A stretch of DNA of 64,000 nt from Chlorokybus atmophyticus (lineage: Eukaryota > Plantae > Mesostigma and Chlorokybus algae), in the NCBI GenBank assembly GCA_009103225.1, contig RHPI01000461.1:44545-108544 (forward strand), written 5' to 3'. The notes below the pieces were generated by a model. That model did not search any database. It was not told the DNA's origin and saw only the letters and a list, made by a program, of their open reading frames with translations. This document shows positions 25,525 through 39,399 of the stretch, piece after piece. Made by a program: the position numbers and the translations under genes. The number at the start of each line of letters is the position of its first letter. The first letter of the stretch is position 1.

Positions 25525-28310
25525 AATGCCCCTAATGACAGGATTGTCCAAAAGCCCACAACTATGCACACTCAGATTGCAATCTTGCGTTGGTAACTTG
25601 ATGTGAGCAAGTCGTTGGTGAGGTTCTTCCACACGGTCTGATCCACGTGCTTGACCATGGCCTTGATCTGCTGGCGACCACCTTGAACATCTCCTTCTTG
25701 CCGGCCTGATGAGCGCCTTGAGAGTGGACTCCCACTAGACGGGCTTAATCAACCGCGCATGACACAGTCAGAGTGGTAGATACTGTCACACGATGCATGC
25801 GGGGAGGAGAGTACAGGCATTGCACGCAGTTGTGCACACTGACATGCATGTGTGTCACATTCGTGCGTGTGCATGTGCGCACGTGCGTATGCATGGCAAG
25901 CATACATGCACGGGTGCGCGCGCAAGCTTTGCCCACTGAGTCGCTCAGTGCATTAGTGCGTGTGCACTGTGCACACGCACGCACGCATAGGCGTGACTGC
26001 AAGGGCGCGTATCCTTGGTACGCTTAACGCACCTGTTTCATACGCGCTTGCAGTCACTGTTGTACGGTGCATGCGACACCGCAATGACAACAGCAGCCCA
26101 CACAAGTCCATAATTCTGTCCATCCCGCACCTGCCTCAACAGCAGTTCCGGAATGCATATGCTCTTCATGTCGGAAACGCTTTTCCGTGACGTTGCTGTA
26201 GATGGGGACGACAGGATCTTTCCGCCACAATCAATCACAGCGCGACAAGAGACTTGTTCGCGGGATGCATCAGAGACGTGTGGAAACTGTCGCTCACCTG
26301 CGGGTATGGTTACATGTGTGCGTGAGCGCGTGGATACATACGAATACACACGCTCCACATGCACGTGCACATGCCCACAGGCGTATATGTGTGTGTTGGT
26401 ATGAGTTTGTGTATGTGTACCCACGTACAAGTGTTGGCATGTATGTGTGTGTGCTCGTATGTGGTTGAGAGCATGTCAACTCCGCATTGCACACCGCCAG
26501 ATCAGTAGCACACATGGCGCCTTTCTGCGTGCTACTCTTCTGGCCAACTTGCCAAGGCATCCATAGCGGCCTACGCATAGTTAAGAGATTGTACACATTA
26601 CTTAATGCCATCGTTATGGCAGTGGTAGTGGTGGAAGAGAGGTGGTTGGCGACCGCAAGGATGGTGTCCGCGGGGAGACTCTTCTCTGCCTGTGGATGAC
26701 GTTTGCCTGTGAGGTGTAGCAACAACAACAACAGCAACGACAATAACCACAACAACTACCTTGCACACACCTGGTCAGTGAGAGGGCGTACGTCGGCATC
26801 GTCCAGGCCAAAAGCCTCTCGCGCTGCCGCCACTTGCTTTCCACACGCGCCTTCACCAGCTGCAAGAGCAACAAGGAATGGTTGGAACACACACACAAAT
26901 ACACACACCCGCGCACACGCATGCGCAGACGCATGCACACACGTGTGTACTCATAACCGAACATGCACACGCATACGTACACATGTGCGTATGCCTGCAT
27001 GCAGCCACATACGCCCACAACAGCGCATACACGCACGTGTACCTAGAAGGCCACAAGTACACAAGTACACCCACCCTGAGGGCACCCTTGAATGACAGCG
27101 CGCCCGCGAACACGAGCGCCAGGTACTCGCCCAGCGACAGACCCGCCGCGGCACTGCACCTTGGTCTCCACCAGCTTTCGGCCTGCAACACACACAAGTC
27201 AACATGCAAGTGTGAGAGAGGCGTAGGATGCGCGCGTGATTGTGTCCGCGTGCATGTATCTGTGTGTTGGTGCATGTGTCTGGGTGCGTGCTTGCTCCGA
27301 TGTGTATATGTGTTCTTGTGTGTGTCAACCAGTGGTCCATCGCATCAACCGATGCACACAACCCCTTGCCTTGATCTGCTCAAAGGGGGTGAGGGCGGCG
27401 AGCTGCGCGTACTTGGTGTCGTTGAGCTGGTCGTCCGCAATCAGCTTTGTTTTTGTCATAGCCAACAACCTCCTTGGCCTCGGCAAGCATGGCCTTCACC
27501 GCAGGGAGCCTCAACTCTCTTGAAGGCACACAAGCACCAACGTGCACGCACACAGTGTGAGCGAACCACCAACACCCTCCAAAGAGCTCCTAATCTCCCT
27601 CACAACACCATCTCCCATGCACGCACAATGAGCATACCGATTGCTTGGGACCTCCGCCCTGAACACAGGAATGCGAGTGGGCTGGAGAGGTCTTTGGGTA
27701 GTGCCGCAGTATTGTTGCCATTGCTGTTGCCAAAATTGTCATCCACCTTCTTCCCCTCCATCTGCGCCCTCCAGGCTGGGAGCTCCTCCTTCTCAGCTCC
27801 AGGTAGGGATGCTTATAGTCCTTGTTCCATGCCTTAAGGATGTGCCAGCCCATAGTCGTGGAGTGCACAGCAGTCGCCCAATGTCCTCGTGGGGATCCCT
27901 CACCTTGTCCGCAACGGCATACTTGGTGTCAAGAGACTTGAGCTTGGCCTAGACTTGAGCTAGGCCTGGACGACTCCACTGAAGATGCCAGAGGAGGTTC
28001 TCAACAGGGTAGATGTAAGGGTCATAGAGTTCGTCTTGGTGGGGTCAGCGCCTTCTCTAGCAACAACAACAACAGCAACAACAACAACAAAAACCGATGG
28101 TTTTGTTGCAACAGTTACCGGGTACTTATTGCAAAGGGGTAGGAGAAAGGGGCTAGGGGGGCAGTGCTTTGACTGTTATTGTCACTGTTGCAGCACTAAC
28201 ATCAATCACTCTTGTTATTGTCGCTGCAACTCCAGCATATTGACACAACAACAACTACACTGACTGTTGGTCTAAGGAGGTTCAATCTAAGGAGGGTCTA
28301 AGGAGAAGCG
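25525..28310 (-). pseudogene. 5'-truncated, decayed copy 1 of the Ank-MAT gene
   Basis: Homology to parent intron 1, exon 3 onward and the 3' flank (e.g. GGCGCTGACCCCACCAAGACGAAC, GGTCTGTCGCTGGGCGAGTACCTGGCG, GGGAGTCCACTCTCAAG), with many indels and stops. Exons 1-2 are absent. Confidence 0.9.
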
Positions 28311-28572
28311 GGAGACGGGGCAAGGGGTGTTGTCAATGATGCACGCAACTCACTTTATAATTTACAATTGTAAATGGATGTACCCAACGTCAATGGCTCT
28401 ACATATGTCATTGCACATTACACAGTAAAATACACACAAACAACACAACAAGCACTCGCTTCAATCACACCTCACCCCTTGATTTGAGCGGAGATGACTT
28501 TCAGCCAAGGCTGCTGTGAAGCAGTTGATGGGAGCAGAAACCTAACAACATCCATGTGATGCTGCCAATAGC

Positions 28573-30860
28573 TTACGCCACTTGCGTTGAAGCGTTGTCA
28601 GTTGATGATACCCTCTGAAAAACACTTGGCGCCAAAGCAAATACCATAAGCGTTATCCTTGGTTAACACGCCACAACAATATGACAGAAAAATATGACAC
28701 AAACATGTCAGTTGTTGACGTGTCATGATGGAATGACACATGCAACACGCTGAACGTGACGACGTGAACAGGAGGTGCACAACACTCACCGAAGCACGTT
28801 CACGCCATACAGCAAGGTGCGCAGAAGTCAGTGCAGTTACCACCATTGCCTCACCGTTGTCGGGGCCGAAAGCAAGTTCGTCAATATCACGTGCCCAATC
28901 GGAAGAGCACCGAATGCCCAACAGATTCGCAGCAATCAGCGCATCAAATGCTTCGGGCGGTATTACCCGCTGTAGCTGTTCCGCATTCACAGCCTTATAT
29001 GGCGAGTTGAGGATTGCAGTGACGGCTGTTTCAAGATGCTTCCTCTCATACCCTGCACTGCCCAGCGGGGTATACCCGCGTTGCACTCTGGATCGAATAT
29101 CCCGAAGGACACTTCGAACAGCTGCACGACAAACAACCATCATCAACCAGGATGCCATTCAAAGCCTCTTGATCTCATAGTAGTTCAATCAACCAGATGC
29201 GTTACTTCCAGCGACATGGCACCAAAACAAAATCAATGAATGCCATATGCCAATCATGCAACAATCATGCTGTTACTCATGGTGACACGCACCTTTTTGC
29301 CATGAACCAAACAGCACATAGCTGACAGCGGCATTCCTAAGAACACCCGCATTTCCACCACATGCCTACATGCAAATCACCATCAGCACACCGAGCCTGC
29401 ATTGACTTGAGTACAAGCAACAATTAACATGTGCAATGTGTACCCACATTGTAGATTATTCTCCACTCAGCGTCACCTGGAGCAGTTGTCCCGAGCGATT
29501 GCAATTGGCCAGAAGTGAACCCTCGCGCCTCTGATTCTGTAAACTCACCGATCGCATAGGTTTGATAAAATTCCGCACCTACATCTGCACACACGCCAGC
29601 CATGCACTTAAGCATGGTGCTGTCACGCGCCCTCTTGACAGGGCGAATCTGAGCCTGGTCCAGTAGCAAGTACTCACAAGCTTTATCGTTGCCTTCACAT
29701 AGCAAGAGACAAGGCACATGTAGTATTCTCACACTTACTCTGCTCCATCCAGCTAATAAAGGCAGAATCTGAAGTGGCGAGTATCACGTGGGCACGCTTT
29801 TGCTGCTTCGTGTTGAGCACGAGAAAACCCACCAGTCTTTTAGGTCGTCGGGGTATTCCTTGGACCAGTCCATGATAACATTAGCATAATCGATGACTAG
29901 CACAGGGATACCCGTTGCTGTCAAAGTGCCTGCCTTCCGTGCCGCCTCCCATGCATCCAGCAGAGCATTGTAGGCCTGTAAGACCGACTGCAGGGAGGTG
30001 GGCACTGACGGCTTGCCCAAAAACCGGTCAACAAGTGCATCCATAATCAAAGACAAAACACCCAGCCCTGAAGTGATTAATGCCCCATCTGGCATCTTGC
30101 GCAGCACCCTAGGAAACTGTGTGGCCCACGCTGCAGTGGCTTTTTGTGGCAGTAGAGAAGCAATTGCGGGCAAAGCAACTTGGATCAAAGCGTCCGCCAT
30201 GTAGCCATGCGTGCGCATTGCCGTCATTCTGCAATCAATGTAGCTGCGGGTGCCTTCCGGACCGCTTCGCTGCACAAAAGCCTCCAAGATCTTGGTTTTG
30301 CCACAATTGCGCGGACCGTGAATAACGGTAATGCCTTTGGGGCAACCGCTGCACAGTTTTTCCAGCTGTTCCAACTCATATTCGCGGCCAAAGAGTCCCC
30401 CTTGTCCGCTGCCTCCTGCGGGACAGGTGTATAATTCCTCAACTGTCCATTGCACTGCAAATGACACGGCTAGCTTGTCGACTACGCATACACCAAAAAA
30501 GCAGGTCATCAAGCAAGGCATGAGACTCAGACCCAAACTGCAATGCGCACCAGCAAAGGTCTTGGCACTGCCGCTGTTGCCGGCAGGTGCCGCAGTTGCG
30601 CTCACAACGGTTGTCCAGCGCGGAGTAGCGGCAGAGGGCACAATGGCATGGCGTAGGTGCTTCAACTCTGATTGACGTCGTTGATGCTGAAGGTGGGAGG
30701 AGGCAGGAGCAGAAGAAGTCATGCTGCCCAGGACACAGCAAGCACGATGCTCTCTCACACCTCCACATGCTTGCAGACTAAATCTGGCACTACCTAGGAG
30801 AGGACCGGGCCTGTTGTTGGCAACCGCTGCCGGCAGCATCGCACATGCAGACGACGCCAT
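28573..30860 (-). pseudogene. P-loop ATPase paralog A (ATPase_2/AAA_16-like), frameshifted
   Basis: Six exons collinear with the 44377-46779 copy. Walker A is GPRNCGKT and Walker B reads VLVIDYAN. There is a 1-nt deletion at about 29836-29837 (AAA GA CTG versus AAA GCA CTG). The remaining exons are open and TAA is at 28575-28573. Confidence 0.85.
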
Positions 30861-31589
30861 GATCTTATTCACCGCTCCAACCGAGCGCAAAATGACGGCT
30901 CTGCGGCAAACAAGCACGCAATGTCAGTTCTGCTCGTGCGTCACACAAGCACGTGCGCGCGCGTGCTTGTGAAAGAGACTACCAACAGTATTATGTTCTA
31001 GCTGCGTGATGATGCATACCATGCAATGACAGCCATGCATACCATGCGAGTGACAGCTAAGTTTGAACAGGTGAGCTGAGGATAAACAAGCAAGGACTTA
31101 GACAACCCTGTGAAATAGCTAACATTACAATACACACGTCGAAAGAGAAAAACCCAGACGTGCTTGTGGTGTGCTGGCGTGCGACAACTGGCAGTGCTGA
31201 TGCAAAATGCAAGACAACAGGAGGTCATGCCTTTGTTTGACTAGTGCCAGTCGACACACACGCCCAATGCAAAGGCACAGACATGCTCACAGGAGCAATG
31301 ATGGGGCAGGTGACTTGCTACTAAATGCATGCCCCGAAAAACAGCTGGACAGATATGAATTTAAATATGAATTTAAGCAATACGCAAACCAATGATGACT
31401 GTGAAACCCATTGCATACCTTGCGTTGCAGTCTCTTTGAAGCCAATATGCAGCAGTGGACACACACCAACTTGTCACCAACAAAGGAAGTGACGTCTGCA
31501 GCAGTTCAGGCATTAGTGACCAATTGACAGTGTTGCAATGAACGTTTCACCCACCCCCACCCACCCCCGCACCCGCCCGCCCACACGCA

Positions 31590-31753
31590 CGCGCGAGAGA
31601 GAGATCGAGAGAGAAAGAGAAAGAGAGAGAGAGAGCGAGAGAGAGCGAGAGAGAGCGAGAGAGAGCGAGAGAGAGAGAGCGAGAGAGAGAGAGAGAGAGC
31701 GAGCGGGAGCGAGCGAGCGAGCGAGAGAGAGCGAGAGAGCGAGAGAGCGAGAG

Positions 31754-31824
<71 letters not shown>

Positions 31825-32026
31825 NNNNNNNNNNNNNNNNNNNNNNNNNNNNNNNNNNNNNNNNNNNNNNNNNNNNNNNNNNNNNNNNNNNNNNNNNNNN
31901 NNNNNNNNNNNNNNNNNNNNNNNNNNNNNNNNNNNNNNNNNNNNNNNNNNNNNNNNNNNNNNNNNNNNNNNNNNNNNNNNNNNNNNNNNNNNNNNNNNNN
32001 NNNNNNNNNNNNNNNNNNNNNNNNNN

Positions 32027-32075
<49 letters not shown>
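31590..32075. repeat. (GA)n/(GAGC) microsatellite spanning an N gap
   Basis: GA repeats flank a run of about 200 N. Confidence 0.95.
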
Positions 32076-32077
<2 letters not shown>

Positions 32078-32149
32078 TCTGCAACACACTAGGTACGCAC
32101 AAACCCATCACGTGAGAAACTCCCTCCCTCCGCCCCGCCCGCCCGCCCG

Positions 32150-33255
32150 GCTTTAGCTTATTCGGATGGCGCTGAAGCTAGGAGTTTCCATCGGCAGGCG
32201 GTGGTCGAGTGAAGCATGTGCACGCCAGTAGGTGCCTGGCGTGCTGTTTGTGATTGTTATCAGCAAGGTCTGCGCTGCCGTCGTTGACGGCGTCGTTGTC
32301 GCCGCCGCCAAAGGACACTTCGGCTAACTTTGTGCCCCTGGACGCTCACAAAGACGAGCAAAACCACAGGTGCAGGCTTACTTGCTTGCCAAGTGTACTC
32401 AGCACTGCTCCTTGAGCCGACTATGTAGGCGGAATGTGTCTTGCATTGCACTTTTCTTCTACAGCATGCGCTCTCGATTAGCTGGCAGCGCTTGTTTGCT
32501 GAACAACTGCCCCAGGCTGCCATTGTGCCACAGCAGGCCACAGCTGCATGGGTGAGCAGCGAATTGCAGTTGGTTCGCCGCTTGACTTTGATTCCATGCG
32601 AGAGCTTTTTCATCTAGTGATTGGTTTGTGTGGTTTGTGGCTAGCAGTGGTGGCTTGCGGGCGGGTAGGAAGCAGCGCAGTCCGGCAGCTGCTTCAAGTG
32701 CTTCAACAACCTGAAAATCGCAAGGTGCAACCACCTGCAGAGCGTGTAGGAACACACTGAGCTATTTAGCATGCACCGCGCAACAGCTTGCCTGTCCTGA
32801 GCACTTGTACAAGCAAGGTTTGGTTATTTCCTTGTCGCCACAGCAACAGCTGAATGTAGCTGCTCACGAAGCAGCCTCTCAAGCGATTGCCCTTACATCC
32901 TCCACGCATGCACCATATAAGGCAACCCCAGATGCCACCCATTAGTAACTTCGTGCAGGTACAAGGAAACCCAACGCTTGCTGACTGCCGCGCAGAGTGC
33001 AAGCGCATCACGTTGCTGCTGCAAAACCACTTACGCCAGCTGGCAGATGTCACAGCGCTGTGTGCGATCTTGCCAATGCTGTCAGCGCTCAGCGCAATAC
33101 GTCAAGCGATGCGAAGGAGGATGGTGACGTTGGCAGCAAAGAGGGCGGTATCACACGCCAGGATTTGTGGGAGGGTGAGCACCACTACAGCTGCCTGAAC
33201 CCGTGTCCAACACATGGTGTGCTGAGGATGTCTGTGGTTGGCCTTCAGTACCCCA
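32150..33255 (-). repeat. Block X, copy 1 (inverted)
   Basis: Reverse complement matches 33845-34900 and 51228-52300 (e.g. AGCCGAAGTGTCCTTTGGCGGCGGCGAC, CAAGCGCTGCCAGCT, GAAGCACTTGAAGCAGCTGCC). Confidence 0.85.
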
Positions 33256-33840
33256 CACACACTGTGCACCTGGTCAATGAGAGGGCGCATGTCGGCGTCG
33301 TCGAGGCTGATGACCGGAAGCGACTTGTGTGCGGGCGGCCCAGCTGCGCCGCAGCCGCCAAGCTCTCCGCACACCTTCACAAGCTGCATGAGCAACACAG
33401 CAGCAATTGGCTGGAACACACACGTAAACACTGACATATGCTCGTACGCACACATGCGTGGGCACGCGTGTGTCCACAAACCAACCTTGAGAGCATTCTC
33501 GAATGACAGTGCGCCCGCGAACACGAGTGCTGGTACTTGCCCAATGACAGACCCGCCGCGGCGCTGCACCTCTCAATCTTCACGGGCCTGTCCGCCTGCG
33601 CCACACAAGTCAACAATGCGTAAGAGAGGTGCAAGAAGGCGGTTGGTGTATATTGACTCTGCAGTTGGTGCGTGTGCGCACGTACTTGTGCACACACGTG
33701 TGTGCGTGTGCGTGTCCACACGCATGGCGCGTGTGTGTGGGGCAATCGATTGCAACACCTTGAACTCCTACACACCGCCCCTTGCCTTGGTTTTCTCAAC
33801 AGCGAGGGCCGCGGTGACCAGCGCAGGCTGGGCGTACTTG
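33256..33840 (-). pseudogene. Internal fragment (copy 2) of the MAT gene, from the end of exon 4 to the start of intron 6
   Basis: Minus strand reads AAGTACGCCCAGCCTGCGCTG...GCGGACAGGCCCGTGAAGATTGAGAGGTGCAGCGCCGCGGCGGGTCTGTCATTGGGC...GACGCCGACATGCGCCCTCTCATTGACCAG|gt, with frameshifts. Confidence 0.9.
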
Positions 33841-33844
33841 ACCT

Positions 33845-34960
33845 GACCTGCCGTGTGAGTCCGCTCTCTTTGCAGCCAACATCACCATGTTCTATTGCAT
33901 TGCGTGCATATGTGCTGAGCGCTGACAGCATTGGCGAGGTCGCGCACAGCGCTCCTGAGATCTGCCAGCTGGCGCGAGTGCCTCCCATTAGCAGCGTAAT
34001 GCGCTCACACTATCTGCGCAGCAAAGAGCAAGCGCTGGGTCTTCTTAAGTTGCAACAATGTGCTGGGACATGGAACATGGGATGTGGTGCCTTACCTGTC
34101 ACATGCGTGGATGATGTGAGGGCAGAGGCTGCTTTGCGAGTAGCTACTAGTAAGCTCTTGCTGTGGCAACAAGCAACCAAACGTTGCTTGTAGATGGCGA
34201 GAGAACAGGCAAGCTGTTGCACGGTGCATGCTTATCAGCTCAGTGTGTTCCCTTTTGCACACTCTGCAACCGTTTGCACCTTGCGAGTTTCAGCCGAGTC
34301 AAGAGAAGCAGCTGCCTGACTGCGCTTCTTCGAACTCGCCGGCAAACAACCACTGCCAGCAACAAACTACACGAACCAAAGGCTACATGAACAATTGCAT
34401 GCATGGAATCATAGTCAAGCCGCGAACCAACTGCAATGCGCTGCTCACCCATGCAGCTGCTGAGTGGCCACAATGGTCTCGGGCAATTGTTCAGCAAACA
34501 AGCGCTGCCAGCTGTTCAAGCGCGTGTGCTGATCGAACACAAGTGCCGCCTTTGAATCGGCTTCAAGGAGCAGTACTCAGCAAGTATGCAAGCGTGCACT
34601 GGTGCTGCAACGCTGCGCTCATCCTGGTAATCGTCGCCCAGGGGCAAAAAGCCAGCCGAAGTGTCCTTTGGCGGCGGCGACAATGACGCTGTCAACGACC
34701 ACGACGACGGCAGCTCCGACGTTGCTGACAACATATCACAAACAGCACAGTACAAACATGGCGTGCACATAATGCTTCAGTCAACCACCGCCTGCTGACG
34801 GAAACTGCTAGCTTCGGCGCAATCCGGCGAAGCTCAGGCTGGGCGGGTGGGCGGAACGGGCGGGAGCTGCTCAGGTGATGGTTCTGTATGTGAACTTTGT
34901 CGCAGAAGGCAGCAAGCGAGTGGCTGCTCAGCTTGGCTGCTCAGCTGGACGCAAGCAGCG
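33845..34960 (+). repeat. Block X, copy 2
   Basis: Reverse complement of 32150-33170 and direct homolog of 51320-52400. Confidence 0.85.
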
Positions 34961-34962
34961 CT

Positions 34963-37041
<2,079 letters not shown>

Positions 37042-37042
37042 N

Positions 37043-39133
37043 CACGCCATGCCATTGTGCCCTCTGCCGCTACTATTCCGCGCTCGCCAACTGTTGTTAG
37101 AGCAACTGCTGGCGGCGACAGCGGCAGTGCCAAGACCTTTGCTGGTGGGCATTGCAGTCTAGGTCTAAGACTCCTGCCTTGCTTGTTGACCTGCTGCGTG
37201 TTATGCATAGTAGACAGCTAGCTAGGTCTCGGATGCAGTGCAATGGACAGATGAGGTGAAATGTACACCATTCTTGCAGGAGCCAGCAAACCAGGGGACC
37301 TGTTCGACCGCGAGTATGAGTTGGACCAGCTGGAAAAACTGTGCAGCGTCCCCCCCCAAGGCATTTCCGTTATTCATGGTCCTGTTAACTGTGGCATAAC
37401 CAAGGTCCTGAAGGCTTTTGTGCAGCGAAGGGGTTTGAAAGGCACCCGCAGTTACATTGATTGCAGAGAGACGCCAATGCGCACGCCTGAAGCAATGGCG
37501 GACGCTTTGGCTACGCTTCCTTTGCCCGCGGTCTTTTCGAGACTGCCACAAAAAGTCACTGTCGAGTTGGCTAAAAGAAACATCTTTCCGGCTAAGCTGT
37601 TGCGGCAGATACTAGAAAAGGTATCAGTCACTTCAAAGCTGGGTTGGATTTCATTGGGTACCAGCACACTTGTCGACCGACTCGTTGGCCAGCCCCCCAA
37701 CTCCCTGCAATCAGTCCTGAACGCATACGATGCTCTGCTGGACGCATGGGAAACGGCACGGAAGCAAGGCACTTTGACAGCAATGGGTTACCCTGTGCTA
37801 GTCATTGATGAAGCCAACGTCATCATGGATTGGTCCGACAAATACTCAGCAGACCTCAAAACACTGGTGATGTTTCTCATTCGCAACACGAAGCAGGAGC
37901 GTCGAGCCCATGTTATACTGGCCACTTCAGATTCTGCCTTCCTTAACTGGATGACCCAGAGTAAGTGGTTGCACGTTGCATGCGAGGCAATTGTCGTAAT
38001 GGGACAGTCCTACATGTGCCCTATGTTTTGTGGTGTTGAGGCAGCAATCAAGCTTGTGAGTGTTGGCAGCTGGACCAGGCCTAGATTTGTTATAATCAAG
38101 AGAGATGCGTGACAGCACCTGGCTCAAGTGCATGCATGTTGTGTGTGTACAGATGTTGGTGAGGCATTGTACCAAACCTATGCGATTGGTGAGTTTACGA
38201 AAGGAGAGGCGCGAGCATACCTTTCAAGGGAATTGCAAATGCTCGAGACCAGTGCTCCAAGCGACGCGGAATGGAGTGTTATCTACAACGTGGGTACACA
38301 CTGCACATTATGCGTGTGTTGCATTGCCGTCATATTAATGCAACTCGGTTTGCTGACGATTGTGCCTATATAGGCATGTGGTGGCAACGCAGGTGCTTTA
38401 AATTATGCCGCTGCCGGCTATGTGCAGTTCGGTTCATGGCAGATTGGTGCGTTTCGTTATGAGTATCAGCGGGAGTGTTGAGTGATTTGCGAATTATAAC
38501 TTGGTGCAATGTCGCAATATGATTGAGTGGTCTTGAGAGTGGCACCCTGGTTGATGTTGATTGTTTGTTGTGCAGCTGTTCAGAGAGTCCTTCAGGACAT
38601 TCGATCGGGAGTGCAGCGCGGGTATGCCCCGTTGAAAGGTGCGGGGTTCGAGAGGAAGCACTTTGAGACAGCCGTTACTGCCGTCCTCAACTCGACGTAC
38701 ATGGCTGTGATAGCGGAACAGCTACAGCCGGATATACCGTCCGATGCATTGAATGCGCTGATTGCAGCCAATCTGCTGGGCATTCGGTGCTCTCCCGAGT
38801 GGGCGCGTGATGTTGACGCACTTGCTTTTGGCCCCAAAAATGGCAGGGCGAGGTTGGTAACCGCACCGAATTCTCCGCACCTTGCTGTATGGCGGGAACG
38901 TGCTTCGGTGAGTGTTGCACAACTCCTGCTCACGTCATCATGCTTAGCGTGTTGCATGTGTCATTGCTTGTCGTTCTGCCATGACACGCCACTATTTGAC
39001 AAATGTCATTTTGATGTCAACATTGTTGTGTTGTCGGGTCATTCTAACCAAGGATGTTGCTAATGCTATGTATGTCGGTGTCATGTGACAGAAGGCACCA
39101 CCAGCTGACAACGCTTCAACGCAAGTTGCGTAA
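37043..39133 (+). CDS. P-loop ATPase paralog B (5' end lost in the gap), open frame but Walker A Lys replaced by Ile
   Basis: Exon 2 (37280-37960) reads GPVNCGIT, PVLVIDEAN and FLIRNTKQERRAHVILATSDSAF. Later exons YQTYAIGEF, ACGGNAG, ALIAANLLGIR and the final KAPPADNASTQVA* (TAA 39131-39133) all splice in phase. Confidence 0.85.
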
Positions 39134-39399
39134 GCTACTAACAATATCACATGGGTATTGTTAGTAATTTTTGGTTCCCATCGTAAACCACTTTACCGCA
39201 GCCTTTGCTGAAAGGCAACTCCTCCAAGTGTCCAAAGGATGAGGTCTGGTTGAAGCGGGTGCTTATTGGAATAGTCGTGTGTGTTTTGCTGTGTACTCTG
39301 CAGTGACATATGTAGAGCCATTGACCTTGTGTGTGTTGTGTACTCCATTTAACATTTGTATAGAAAGGTGTGAGTTGTGTCCATCATCGACAACACCGC

